A stretch of 62,988 bases of DNA, the filler included, from Rhabdomonas costata (Eukaryota), in the NCBI GenBank assembly GCA_019059605.1. It is 47 parts of 47 records of this genome, joined end to end, with 100 filler letters (N's around TTAATTAATTAA, not from the genome) between each part and the next. Parts side by side here need not be neighbours in the genome. Positions count along the whole stretch, not along the records: positions 49,674 to 50,915 come from JAHMHO010022212.1; positions 51,016 to 52,256 come from JAHMHO010022213.1; positions 52,357 to 53,598 come from JAHMHO010022214.1; positions 53,699 to 54,940 come from JAHMHO010022215.1; positions 55,041 to 56,282 come from JAHMHO010022216.1; positions 56,383 to 57,624 come from JAHMHO010022217.1; positions 57,725 to 58,966 come from JAHMHO010022218.1; positions 59,067 to 60,304 come from JAHMHO010022219.1; 39 more parts are not named here. The stretch is one strand, 5' to 3'. The notes beneath the pieces were generated by a model that was not told the origin of the DNA, ran no database searches, and was given only the letters and a program-made list of their open reading frames with translations. The translations under genes and the position numbers were made by a program. Below are positions 50,204-62,901 of the stretch, piece after piece (position 1 is the stretch's first letter; every line of letters begins with the position of its first letter).

Positions 50204-51519
50204 CTGGGGGCGCAGGGGCCCAACGCGGGAGGGCCCGTGGTGGAGCGAGAACGGCAGGGGAAGGCAGGACTTACGTTAGCGACGGGTAGTCCCCTTGTGT
50301 TCCACATTGTAAGGTACGTTGCACCGTGAATTTAGAACTGCGCGTATATCGTGTATTTTTCACGCTGCATGTGTTACCATCGCATAGATTACCACTGCGG
50401 TCAGCGCAGGCTGGATATCTGGCACGTGCTATCTGGCATCACACTACATACCCAAAAGAAAAATTCTCGCGCCTGCCACTCCAAAACGTCATTTACAAAA
50501 CTTTTTCTACAATTGCACACTAAAATGGCGAGGTGAAGCACTGGACCTTACCATTGCCACACCCAAGACGATGGCATATTTTATGGGGGTACCTATCCTT
50601 ATCTGATACCTACCTCGCGGGTTCACTGAAACTACAAAGTCCTGTGTCGTCCAGTAATGTCACAACATTGTGCCTTTGAGCCCCCTGTAAGATAAATGCC
50701 ATTGAAATATCGAAACGCCTTAGCGCTGCTCGACTCGGCATCAAAATGGTGGAAGTGAGAGAGAAGGAATCAGGAAACGATTTAATAAGGTGCAAAGACA
50801 GGTGTCGGTAGCTGATGGGCACGGACCTGTTTCTCAAATATACTAATCAATATAATGCTATCTAGCGGGCCGCGTGTGGCTGGATAAAAACTCACCCAAG
50901 ATTCCATAAACCATANNNNNNNNNNNNNNNNNNNNNNNNNNNNNNNNNNNNNNNNNNNNTTAATTAATTAANNNNNNNNNNNNNNNNNNNNNNNNNNNNN
51001 NNNNNNNNNNNNNNNGGTTTTGTGTGCGAGTTGCTTAGCGGTTTTTTGTAGTGGTGGTGGTGGTGGGGAACCGTCAGAGAATAGGTTGTTCCTATTTCTC
51101 AAGTATTAACGGCTGTTGAGCTCAACCCAAAACGCATTAAGGGTACAGCACCGGGTTCCCAGCACCTTTCAACCCCCGCGCACTTAGTTATCACTTCGGA
51201 GCCGCAGCTTGCGTGAGCTCTGTTGAAAAAAGTGAGAACTTTTGCGGCCGGTTTTGTGCTATCTGCCTATACACTGCTGCTCGCGTTCGTCTAAGGTCTG
51301 GAGAGTCATGGTGCCGTCCCCTTGTTGCATAGCCTTATAGGTTCTCCAGAGCAGGAAGCTTTTGTTTGGTTTCTTTTGATATGAAGCTCTGGTTGGTTAC
51401 ATTGGCTGCCGTCTGTCCTTCTCTTCATGAACCCCATGGCTTCTATCCTTAATTTTTCCATTCGCAAGTGAGAAAGAGCTCCGGTTTCTTGCAATTCTTT
51501 CCGATGCTCCTTTTCTCAG

Positions 51520-52011
51520 CTGACTTGCCAGCACGGGCGGTTCATCAACCTCCTCCACCACAGCGTCGGGGAATGGCAAGGCGTCCTGGACAAGGTCGTT
51601 GGCGACTCCGCCTTTGCCCTCTGGAACGTTCCTCGAGCCGTTAACCACCCCGAGTACCGCGCCGTGAGCTGTGCTCTGGCCATACTTTCAGGGAGTGGAA
51701 ATAACCTTACCCGCCCTTCCTCAGCAGAATCCACTCCCCCTGACACCGCTCCCGACGGGTTCAACCCACTTCTAGGCCTGGGCTCGCCCGCGCCCACTCC
51801 TTCGGAGACTAGAGACCCTGCGGTGACGGCAATGAGGATGCCTCGCGTGGGTATCGCCCGGTCTGCGGTGAGGTGTGGAAAGATGGGCAGCAGCGAGCTG
51901 AGCTGGTTTGTGGTGGTCGGGGCGGCCGTTAGTGAGGCCCTTGCGCTGCAGAAGGTGGGCTGCCGAGCCATTGGGGTTCCCGTGCTGGTGTCGGAGGCCG
52001 TCAAGGCACAG
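51520..52011 (+). CDS. Class III adenylate/guanylate cyclase domain exon (lacks the catalytic Asn/Arg pair)
   Basis: GVLDKVVGDSAFALWN...AVSCALAI...RVGIARSAVRCGKMGSSELSWFVVVGAAVSEALALQ...GVPVLVSEAV; acceptor ctcag and donor gttccc. Confidence 0.85.
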
Positions 52012-52586
52012 GTTCCCTTCGTGTAGCTTTGTACCAGTGGAAACATCCGTGGAAATTCTGGAATGTACCTCTCCTGTTACAAAATTAAAAAGGGACTACC
52101 AGGCAATGATTGAACCGTGGGTTCCATTTTACCTCAAGGCACGAGAGCTGGATGCCAAAAGCCCAGTGTACGAATTCATCTGCACCGTTTGGGGTTTTGT
52201 TCGAGTGCCGTCATATCTTGTCAAGCATTACCAACAACACCAACCACACCCAACACNNNNNNNNNNNNNNNNNNNNNNNNNNNNNNNNNNNNNNNNNNNN
52301 TTAATTAATTAANNNNNNNNNNNNNNNNNNNNNNNNNNNNNNNNNNNNNNNNNNNNCCATTCCGTCTCAGCTCTGCACTGCCCAGCATCCAGCAGTAGAT
52401 ACCATTTAGCACGGCGTCTAGCTCAGCCCTCACAAAGGCACCGCTGTACAGCCCACTCCCTTGTTGTACCAACCTCAGTCAGACGATGAGGCCTTGAGGG
52501 CTTCCGGTTACAGTGGATACTGCGCTCAAACAACGCTCCCTCCAGTTTGCAATCAACTAACAATACCTCCGCTTCAGCTGCAATCC

Positions 52587-52680
52587 GCTGTCCACCTGCA
52601 TCAGGTCTGCGAAGCTCGGGAAGGCGGAGAATACCTTCCGCACCAAGTCAAAGTTCTTTGCGTCCGGGGAGTACAGGAAT
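52587..52680 (-). CDS. Unidentified short exon
   Basis: ctgcag|FLYSPDAKNFDLVRKVFSAFPSFADLMQ|gtgg, with clean borders and coding-like codon use. Confidence 0.4.
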
Positions 52681-53700
52681 CTGCAGCGAAGGAGCACGCG
52701 CAACCTTGCAAGGGAGGGGAACAGACAGGCTAGAGCGGCCGCGACTCCTCGTTGAGCGCGAAAGGACGCCGCAACAATGGCCACCCCACGAAACACCCTC
52801 GAGCAAATGAATCATGTCACTATGGGGGTTCCAATACCTCCCGAGGCAGAAAACACCCCTGGAACCACCGTGGGCCAAATTCGGAGTTTAAACCCCCCAG
52901 TAGCAAAAAGCCCTTCTATCAGAGAGCTTCGGTTGCTGAGACCACCACAGGCAAGTGTGGTGGTGTCAGGTGTCAAACATGAGCCCAAAAGGGTGCTCTG
53001 GTTGATGGATCTGGGATCTGGGACAACTTCCCAACTTCATCCATCACTAATTATGCCCGCGCATATCGAATTACTGAAGAGAGAGGCCCCAAACACCAAC
53101 GCCCGTTTTGCGAAAGACCCGGAACCAACACAAAGGGTGCACCGTAAAGGTGGTGTTGCATCGCCAAAGCCGCAGAGGGCATCGCCTGTGTACCCAATTA
53201 CTCACCGGCTCTCACTGGACGGCACATGGAGTGACATGTTTGCTTTTGTTTGTTTGTGTGTGTATGTGTATACGCGCGCGCGTGCAAAGAACTTTCGTGG
53301 GTTGTCAGGGTCGACGATGGAGGGGTACGGCTCAAAGATGAGCTGCGCCCGCGCTGACTCCGCCGCGGCCTTTGCGATGGATACCTTATGGCGTGCGTAA
53401 TACGGAGCAACCCCAAACAGTATAACGCCATGCCGCCTCCCAAAACCCATACAGCAGAAAAAAGCCCGATCCTACCAGCATAAATGAGGGGTTTAGGCCG
53501 GCATTGGTGGGAGGCGGTGGGGGGCTGCGGCTCCCAAAGTGACTAAAACCCACTCTTCCTTTTCTACATCTTTTCTTCTTTCTTCTTGCACACACACCNN
53601 NNNNNNNNNNNNNNNNNNNNNNNNNNNNNNNNNNNNNNNNNNTTAATTAATTAANNNNNNNNNNNNNNNNNNNNNNNNNNNNNNNNNNNNNNNNNNNNGG

Positions 53701-54677
53701 TTGGTTTTGGGCACCCCCCAGCTTGCGAAGGCGTCGCAGATGAACGCGAACGCGACGAAGGCTCCGTTGGGGTTGCGGCGTATCATTTGGCACAGCCCTG
53801 TGCGGGGAGGACGGGAGGCCGAGAATGCGATTAAGCCAAAGGTTGGGCTTATGTTTTTTCTCTTTTGTTTTTTTGTTCCAAACTTTAACGTTTTTTATAC
53901 GATTAAACGTTTGACTTAGGGGATGGATGCAGATGGGTTCCGCGCAGGACTCATTCGCATACACACACCCCAAGCATCGCAGTGCTAACAACTTTCGGAT
54001 TCGGACGGGGGGGGGCAGCTTATAATGGACTAAGCAAGTGGAAAGATCCACTCGCCCTGTCAAGTAATGCCTTCCTGTCCGTGACGACGCACAGATCCCC
54101 AGCTGCACACCCAGGAAGGCCTGTTCCTTCTCCACGTCGTTGCGGATGTGGCGCATATGGTAGCACCAGTTCCGCACGAAGTCGCCCAGGATGGGCGCCA
54201 CGACGTCGGGGCACACCAGCCCCAGCCTCCCCAGCGTCAGCGCGGTGTTCTCCAGAAGGTTGCGGTTGGGAAGCTGACACACACATGAAGACATGTGAGA
54301 TGTGAGATGTGTGTTTACATTTTTTGCTAGCACTACAGAGACGAAATTGAACGAGTTTCTCCCGTTCATGCTTTCTTCTTTGCAATTTGAGGCTGGGATT
54401 TTGCTGGGTTGGGTCTGTGCTCAAAAGAGTTCGAACGAGAAAAAAAAGGCGGTCATTCCTGATGTGTAGCCGACATCTGCCGGCCACCCCATCCACACAA
54501 CCACACAACAAGTCATGCAAAAAGAACTCAATGACAGACTGATCTCATATGCATTGGTGGGGCCTTACCAAGGAGAGTTGCGCGCAACCTGAGTGGAGTT
54601 GAGGATGGGCACAAGGCAGTCAACGATCTGCTTCGCCCACGGCAGCATCTCCCCCTCGACCCTCACCGCAATCTCCC
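53701..54677 (-). CDS. TNPO1: Transportin-1 (importin beta-2), C-terminal HEAT repeats, three exons
   Basis: GEIAVR...LVPILN|...LLENTALTLGRLGLVCPDVVAP...FVRNWC...IRNDVEKEQAFLG|LCQMIRRNPNG...FICDAFASW. Confidence 0.95.
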
Positions 54678-55956
54678 CTGCACAGGGGGGAGGGGGACGA
54701 GAAGTTCTGGCCTCAGTTGCTCGAATTAGAAAGGATGTTAGCCCGGGTGTTCACGATGGGAATGAAGTGTTGTCGCCGGTAACTTTTCCCGGCTCTCAGT
54801 GTCTTTAAGGAAAGAAATTTGCACCGTGGTTGCGGTGTGCGATAGCCCAAGCAACATACAAATGTGCTCGAAAATATGGTGCAAATTTCTTTCCTTAAAG
54901 ACACTGAGAGCCGGGAAAAGTTACCGGCGACAATACACCCNNNNNNNNNNNNNNNNNNNNNNNNNNNNNNNNNNNNNNNNNNNNTTAATTAATTAANNNN
55001 NNNNNNNNNNNNNNNNNNNNNNNNNNNNNNNNNNNNNNNNGGGGGGGGTGGGGGGGTGGTATGGGACATTTTTGGGGCGGAGGTTGGACTTTTTCGCCTT
55101 CAAAGCGGCCAAGCTTCAGCCAAAAGTGAAAGAAAAAGTGCCAAGAGCAAATCGAATCAAAAGTGAAGAAGGAATGATGGGAAATAAGGACAGGGAATGC
55201 GGGCGAAACCCAAGGGAAGGGCAGGCAGAAGACGAACAGAAAAAACACAGAAGAGATAAGGCAGAAAGGGATCTCCAGTGAGTGCGAACGTTTTTCTGCT
55301 TTATTCCCGACTTTTTTCGAATTTTTTTTGTGAATTATTACGAACCTAAGTTCGGGCAGAAACGATGGGCATCCCTGTGCATCGGGTAAGTGTTCGGTTT
55401 GAGGGCCTGGCGAGTGGCTTTGAGGCTCAAGGAGACAAGGAGAGTACTCTTTGTATGGAACAATTAAGAAAAGATAAGCGGGCCTCTCGTCTTACTGTTT
55501 ATGTCTCACCAAAAAGTCACACCTCACATATGTGTGACTAAAGCATTATCGGACTTTAAAGCTAACACAGGTCGGGAAAAAACTGAGTCCCCCTGCACCT
55601 GGGTTGTGCTCGTATTTCAAGCTGATTTTTGACGTTTTCCTGTCTCCTTTTACTTGTGAGGTAGCGGGGGCCATAATTTTTACCAGCCGCCAGTGCATTT
55701 CCGCCGGACTTGGTGAAACCTCCGCAACTCTCCTAAATGCCTTATTTCTCCTTTTTTGAAGCATTTCGGCACAATTCCTATGTCAGTCTGCCTGACACGT
55801 CAGACAAAGCAATTGTCACCACCACTACCTCGACCCAGGACTCTTGACCCTGGATAAGGGGATATAAAAGTTTAGTCAAAAGTATAAGCAAAGGTTCAAA
55901 TATTTCTTTCCCTTATCCTCATTGTCACTCTCACACCGTATCTCCTGGGCCCGCAG

Positions 55957-56240
55957 CGCTGTTTTCCTGGGCCACCCTCAACGTCACTACGACCCCTTCG
56001 GGGGCTTACCCCCGCACTGGCCACTGCACAATGACCTTCGGGGACGTCCTGCTGATGGTCGCCGGGAGAGACGCCAACTCCAACAGCCTCAATGACGTTC
56101 TTTGGAGCCGTGACGGGCTGTCGTGGGCCCGTAGCACCACTGCGGCGTTTTCCTCTGGGCGATTTGCGGTGGGGTGCGGTGTTCTGGGGTCGCGCGCGTA
56201 TGTGGTGGGGGGCCACACCGAGGCCGACGCTGTCAGCGAG
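55957..56240 (+). CDS. Kelch-repeat protein exon
   Basis: PRTGHCTMTFGDVLLMVAG...LNDVLWSRDGLSW...GRFAVGCGVLGSRAYVVGG, flanked by AG and GT. Confidence 0.8.
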
Positions 56241-56653
56241 GTAGCCGTTTTACGTGCTGGGAAAATGCGTGTGTGCCCGAGANNNNNNNNNNNNNNNNNN
56301 NNNNNNNNNNNNNNNNNNNNNNNNNNTTAATTAATTAANNNNNNNNNNNNNNNNNNNNNNNNNNNNNNNNNNNNNNNNNNNNGACTATTTTTTTTGGCGC
56401 TGATTGTGTTGACTTCTGTTTGATCAATTACAAGTTTTGAGTGGGCGATGCAGCTTGCTTTGCTGGATGATCTCATTCACTTTTTGTTCCTTTTGCTTCA
56501 TACCTCTTCTTGAACCTCTGGGGCCGTAGTACGGTACGCAGTTGTAGGGTTTGCCATGTTCTTATCTCAGCGTACATGGCTACACACGGCTTTGCCACGC
56601 CGGATTCATGTAGTTTCTTCGCCCTTTGAGACCTGTTTTTTGTCCTCGTGTAG

Positions 56654-57322
56654 ATCTGGAGTGCCGAGGGCAGCGCTGAGCCCCTGCTGGATACCCTGTC
56701 GAACTGCTCCCGTGCCATGGTGGACGCTCGGACCTTTTCCGCTGCGTTGCGGGTGGTGGTGCCTGCCGGAGTCAAGCCCAGCTCCTCTGCCGCGGAAGTG
56801 TCTGAGGTTTAACGCCAACACCCACCTCACAACCTCACAGTATCCGGGTTGCTGCGTAATGACCACCACCCGCCATGAGCACATCCGTGCCCTCCGTTAC
56901 TTTTTGGGTGGAACACCAAGACTGCAGTGTTTCCACACTGCAAGTTGTTGCTCGTGCTTTGTGTATCTTGTGTCTTTAGTGTAACCCCAAGTTATGGCCA
57001 AGGCTTTATTAAGCAAGGAACGCTCATTATAATAGCATGGAACTCGACATTGTTGGCTGTGGATCCAATCCACTTGGGGAAGAATGTGACCTGCGAAGTG
57101 TGGGGACAGTGTTGAAACAACTCCACCCTGGCATGCTTTCATTTCGATCTCGGCGGCGTCCATGGTGGTGAGGTGTGGACGGGGCGGTAGGTTCCTTCTG
57201 AGCAGTACCACGTTCGGCGGATTGTGAATGCTATTCCCGAGGGGGCGGTAGACCTGCCCTTCGCCAAGAGCTTCCCGTTTGAGTCCAACATGGACTACAT
57301 GCGGGGAGTCCACTTCGACAAG
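56654..57322 (+). CDS. IBA57: IBA57/YgfZ (CAF17) Fe-S assembly factor, partial; exons 56654-56806 and 57191-57322
   Basis: YHVRRIVNAIPEGAVDLPFAKSFPFESNMDYMRGVHFDK ends immediately before the expected GCY motif (PEGxxDL...PxExNxD...GVxFxKGCY). Not in the ORF track. Confidence 0.9.
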
Positions 57323-59272
57323 GTCTTCTTTCCTTCCATCTCGCTCAGCTCCCCAGCAAGTAGAAGAGACAAAACCATGCCTGATGTCTGATGTGAGGCA
57401 AGTTGTGGAGAATCGCTCGATTTTTTTTGGACGATAGCAGATTTTATGGGTCTCAACACGTGATAATCTGCACGAGAACAGGGCCTGACAAGGGATGGAG
57501 ATATGGGAGCGAGTAAGAGAGAGAGAGAGAGCGAGAGAGAGAGAGAAGAGGATGAAGCAAAAGGAACAAAAAGTGAATGAGATCATCCAGCAAAGCAAGC
57601 TGCATCGCTCACTCAAAAAAACACNNNNNNNNNNNNNNNNNNNNNNNNNNNNNNNNNNNNNNNNNNNNTTAATTAATTAANNNNNNNNNNNNNNNNNNNN
57701 NNNNNNNNNNNNNNNNNNNNNNNNTTTTTTCTGTCATTAAACCAATTGTTTGCCCGAATGATGGCTTTTGGTACTACTTTTCCTTTCCGACTCGTATTAC
57801 CGTTAAGGTGGTGAGAGCTACATAAGAACAAAACCGAGGTAAAAAAAACTGACGGAGTTATGGACACTGCTCCTGGACGCCTGAGCAGCCCTGGAAGGAC
57901 GTCGAGGGCAGGCCTCTATCAATTGACGTTCTGTCCGCTCTGCTCTTGAGGAAGCAGCGCGAATGCTGCTGGAACTGGTCGTTACTGTGGCGGCATTTCA
58001 ATGGCAAAAAGGGAAGCTACTCCAACACCATTAGCTGCGTCCAAGGCATGCCCTGCTGGTACAAGGCCTTCTGCAGAGGCTGCAGCGTGGGGCAGGCCAG
58101 CTCAAAGACCTTCACATCGGAGTTGCAGTCAATCAGAGTGCTGTGATGGTACCAAGCCACGCCACAAGAAAAGAGTGAGGCGAGGCAGATCCCTTTCACC
58201 TCGGGGTGCGGAAGCACCTCGGGCTGAGTCCAACGCAAACCTCCGGACTGCTTGTAGGACCTCAAGGAAGCAATGGGGGTCTGGGCGGCATGCAAGCATA
58301 CTGGTCAAAGTCAAACACCACCAGAACAGTCATGGATACAAATTGAGTTGCGGGAGCAACTTTGAAGAGCTGAAATCAAAGAGCTGCATCAAATGAAGAT
58401 GGGTGGAAGCCACATCGAGGGGAATGGGGGAAGAGAAGGGGCAGGGGCATGACAAGACTTCACCAATGATCGCCATATCACATATAAAAATGACCGTTAA
58501 TCAGTCATCAATCATCAATCATCAGTGTCAACCTCAACCCCCCCAAAAAAAAATGGGCGGGTTGGTGTCGAATTCCGACGTGCTCACTCCGTCCATTCGC
58601 AGCCCACCCTGGCAAAAAAAATTTGAATCTCAAAAAAACCTATCGGCAAGCAATAGCTCCGGCAAAGTCCCCATGCAATGGGGTGAGGAGTAACGTGCGG
58701 TTCACTCCAAACTGCGATCCCATACCACGTTCTCTCGTTCGCGTTATCTCGTGCCAGCGGTGCATCCATCCCGCAATGTAGCTAAGCAGAGTGCATAGGC
58801 TTTCTTGCCTTCATTGCATTCTGCTTTCTTTCATTCTCGCTCTGCCCTCATCAGAAACAAAGCAGACAATCTCCACAACACAACAAAAGGAGCAGCACAT
58901 CGAGTCGACAGGACGGCGTCGAACTAGGGCAAATATATACACCCCAAACCAAACACCCCCACCACANNNNNNNNNNNNNNNNNNNNNNNNNNNNNNNNNN
59001 NNNNNNNNNNTTAATTAATTAANNNNNNNNNNNNNNNNNNNNNNNNNNNNNNNNNNNNNNNNNNNNCGCTGCTAAACGACCGATCCGGTTACTTTCTTGT
59101 TGGCGATGTTTACCATTACCATTTATTTTGCAATGATAGGGTATTATGGGGGGGTTGGAAATCAATGAACGTTTAGCTCTGATAAACGTTTAGAATCTCT
59201 AAACGGTTTTCCCCCACCAAAAAATAAATGAGGCCTAAAGCTAAGCAGCCCTCCTGCCCTCGCGAAACATAC

Positions 59273-60290
59273 AGTGCTCGGTGCCCTCCCTGCAGAACCC
59301 ACCGTTCAGCTCGCCCTCTTCGCCAGGGCCGCAACCCCCGCAGCCAAACCAGATGTGCCCCTCGTACAGCAGCAACAGGGTCACCCCCAGCTGCAGCACG
59401 CAGTGGCCCAGGATGAAGCTCCACATCCGATTGGTGATCAGGGGCCCAGTGCGGTAGATTGGGGCGCGCCGTAGGTTGGTTTCCGATGGGCGCTCCGTCG
59501 TCAGGGCCAGCGCGGCGAAGGTGTCCATTATGAGGTTGAGCCACAGCAGCTGAACAGCCTTCAGGGGCTCGGAGTTGGTCGAGGAGGCCACTGCTCCTGC
59601 ATCGGAAAGAGGAGAGGGGTTGTCCAGAAGATGTCGCTCCAACGACAAATTGAAAACCCAGACAGAGCCCCACAACCGCTGTGACGATAAATCGGTGTCC
59701 AGGACAACGCATCGACTCACTAAATGTCAATGAATATCTGTAGAAGAGTACAGGTATTGTAGACGCATACACCCATCGAGAACGGACTGAAACTCAGAAG
59801 ATTCTAGGTGGGTTGTCCTTAACAAAACAACATAATGAGGACATCGTCTCAGTTTGCGTCGGTTCCGACTGAAGAGCCCGCAAAGGCATGCCGTCCACTG
59901 CAACGGCGATTCCGAATTAATGTCGAAAATACTGAGGAATAAACAGTCCCTTTCAATCGACACGAGAACAAATGGTGCCCCTGGATGCAGCGGCACATAA
60001 CGACGCTGCGTCCTGGCAATTACACAACCAACACAAACAATACTCAATTGGACATTTTTCACAAAAAGCCGGTGCCCCCATAAGACAGAAAGGGGTGAGG
60101 CACCTATGAAAGTGAGCAGCACGGAGCAGATATTCACAGTGAGCTGGAACTGCAGGAACTTCCGGATGTTATCGGTGACCCCCCGGCCCCACATCACGGC
60201 CTTCACCACTGTGGCAAAGTTGTCGTCCAGAAGGACCATTGCGGAGGCCCCCTTCGCGACATCCGTACCACTCCACATCGCGAAGCCCAC
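59273..60290 (-). CDS. P-type IIB (PMCA-like) Ca2+-ATPase, partial; exons 60290-60104 and 59596-59273
   Basis: [32 protein letters not shown]...[13 protein letters not shown] and [25 protein letters not shown]. Confidence 0.95.
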
Positions 60291-61750
60291 CTAAGAGCAG
60301 CGGGNNNNNNNNNNNNNNNNNNNNNNNNNNNNNNNNNNNNNNNNNNNNTTAATTAATTAANNNNNNNNNNNNNNNNNNNNNNNNNNNNNNNNNNNNNNNN
60401 NNNNGTGTGGGGTGTCGCCCGCCCCAGTCAGCTGGCAGGCAGCAAGGAGAAGCGAAGCTTCTGTTGTTGTTTCTTGCCGGCAGGCATTAGCAGCATTAAC
60501 GAAATGCCACTTCACGAGTGTGATTTGTTTCTGCTGTTGGCCCCAACATGCCACGTTTCTGTGCCTCTGATTTCCTTAGATCCAATTCTTTAAAGCATCC
60601 GTCGGACGTTTGCCAGATAAAATAGGTTAATGTCGTTCATGTCGAACGGAGATCGGAACTTTCAGGATCTAAAAACGAACGAAGGGAAAAGTGTTTTGCT
60701 TAGAATAGTTGTCGGAATTTCCCGCGTTAGTAAAACGCACAATATGGTGTGGTGAGTACTGCTGTGTTTTTTTGCCATACTCCCTGCACGGTTCACCGTT
60801 TCTTTAATGGCTGTGCCTCCGCTGGTCAGCTCTCCCTGCACTGTCATTGCTGTTGCAGGAGCTGATGGCGCGTGTGCGAAAGACCCATGCCCCACCGAAA
60901 TTGCCTGCGCTGCCCCGCCGAGCAAATCCACTGTCCCTCTCGCCCACGGGAGACGTTGTCTACCCGGGCCCAGGCTCACCGTCGTCCCCGACAAGGGTGG
61001 CCTTCACCCGTATGCGCTCCCTCCCTCTTCGCGGAGCCTGACATATAGTGATTATCGTGACCATATTCAGGCTCGAGCCATTATCTGGGCCCCGTTTAGA
61101 GGAAAATGGGGGTTGCCTGGTCGGTGAACTAATCTACAGCTCCTTGGCTTGGACTTGGACGTAGACGCTGGCTAGAGGCTGGAGGAAGTATGCAAACCCC
61201 GGGACCACAAGGGCATGCTTTCGGTTGCTCGAGCGGAAAACAGCGCGGCTTGCTAGCCGAGAAAGCACCACGGTGGTCCAGAAGGAGCTGCAGCAGATGC
61301 CGATTTGGCCCCGCCACCAGAACGGGGTCGCAGTGCAGAACTCTCCGACTGTGAACCGCCAAGGGATAGTTGAGCACCAACCCAACAGGCAATTTGCGAG
61401 AAGCAACCTGCACAGGAGAAACATCCGTTTCGGTCAGCAAAGGAGAGGCAGAGAAAGGACAGAAGAGATGGTGATGGACAGAAACATTTCACCGACAGGG
61501 GCACGCACTCACTGTGCGGAGGAAACTGTACACATTACGCGTTTGCACGCACACATATGCAGAAACACGCACCGCCTGAGGGTGAAAGGTCAGGGCCAGA
61601 AACATTTCAGAATGCCCATTTGTTTGTTTGAGCAGAACAACCCAACNNNNNNNNNNNNNNNNNNNNNNNNNNNNNNNNNNNNNNNNNNNNTTAATTAATT
61701 AANNNNNNNNNNNNNNNNNNNNNNNNNNNNNNNNNNNNNNNNNNNNGTGG

Positions 61751-61864
61751 TTGTGGCTACAATGCGTGGCTATGGATTTTCCCTCCGTCCCAGCCCCTGC
61801 GGAATAGAGGAAGAAACTCAGATGAAACTGAGGGAAAATCCATAACCACGCATTGTAACCACAA
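61751..61864. repeat. Imperfect inverted repeat (arms about 35 bp), hairpin or MITE-like
   Basis: TTGTGGCTACAATGCGTGGCTATGGATTTTCCCTC pairs with GAGGGAAAATCCATAACCACGCATTGTAACCACAA, with two internal mismatches. Confidence 0.7.
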
Positions 61865-62592
61865 GTCAGCACTACGAATCACTGGCACACTGTGGCACAC
61901 TGTGGCACACTTTCACGACTGTTCTTTTTGGGGGGGAGAACTCCGCAACGTGGCGGGAAACTTTCTCAAGAATCAAAACGACAAAAAGACGTCTGGCAAT
62001 GTGAAATGGTCATCGGGGCGTTATGAAATCTTGTCATGAAACAAATATTGAGCTTAACAGCAAGCCATCTTCCATGGTGGCGGACCAACCGGATCGATTT
62101 CATGATAGAAAGGCAGATACGACGTATCCATGCAACCATGGTGTATCCATGTACCACCCTGAGCAAACAAAAAGTGCTGACCGGGGCCGATCGGTTTCCC
62201 GCCATGGCCTGCATAAGGCTGTCACGAATCTAAAAGAGAAGGAAACAAAACGCTCACTCACCCCTCACCACACAATACTACGACCACAGCTAAGCCAGAA
62301 AAAAACCCTTGCAGCATATGTTAATGCGCTTTCTTCGCGCCCAAACTACGACCGTACTATCAACACCACCACCGCCTGAGTCCTGGCCAGTCCCAGTCCA
62401 TTCTATGCATCGTGCGCTAACCACTGTTCTGGACGTTATTGCAAGTCCCGGGGGCTTCATCTGGGGACTCTTTACGGCCAGGTGTACATTTCGTCCTCCC
62501 ACAAGCGGGTCAACAGTTGACTTAAATGGGCGGGATACTTTCACCTTTTTTCCCGCCCTCCAAACTGCAAATGAAGAGCGCAACACCGGCAC

Positions 62593-62901
62593 CTGCTCGC
62601 CAGCCCCCCCACCATCCGAGGGATGGGGCGTGAAAATGGTGGTGGTCTTGTTGTTAGCTGTCATCTCCTTCAGGGTGTCAAAGTACTGGTTCATCAGGAG
62701 TAGCTCCATAACCTGCCAACCAGAAACAAAAAAATGGGGGGGAGTAAGACGAGCACGCTACGCAAGAGGCCTTCCGCGCAAGGGAGCAGAAAGAACTGAA
62801 TGAGCCGCGAACCTCGACTTGCCCGATCTCCGTCTGGCTGGCAAACATTTTGATCGACTCGTGCAAACCCATGATAATAGCCTTCCGCTGCTCCGCCAAA
62901 C
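62593..62901 (-). CDS. SPFH/Band 7 protein (HIR-like), C-terminal exons 62901-62813 and 62712-62593
   Basis: GLAEQRKAIIMGLHESI...E|VMELLLMNQYFDTLKEM...TIFTPH matches HIR GIAxQRxAIxxGL...TQYFDTxKE...FxPH. Confidence 0.9.

Noticed and set aside
52357-52680. PARP6/8-like assignment for the FLYSPDAKNFDLVRK exon
   Set aside because: The similarity is too short, and the putative next exon cannot be joined with confidence.
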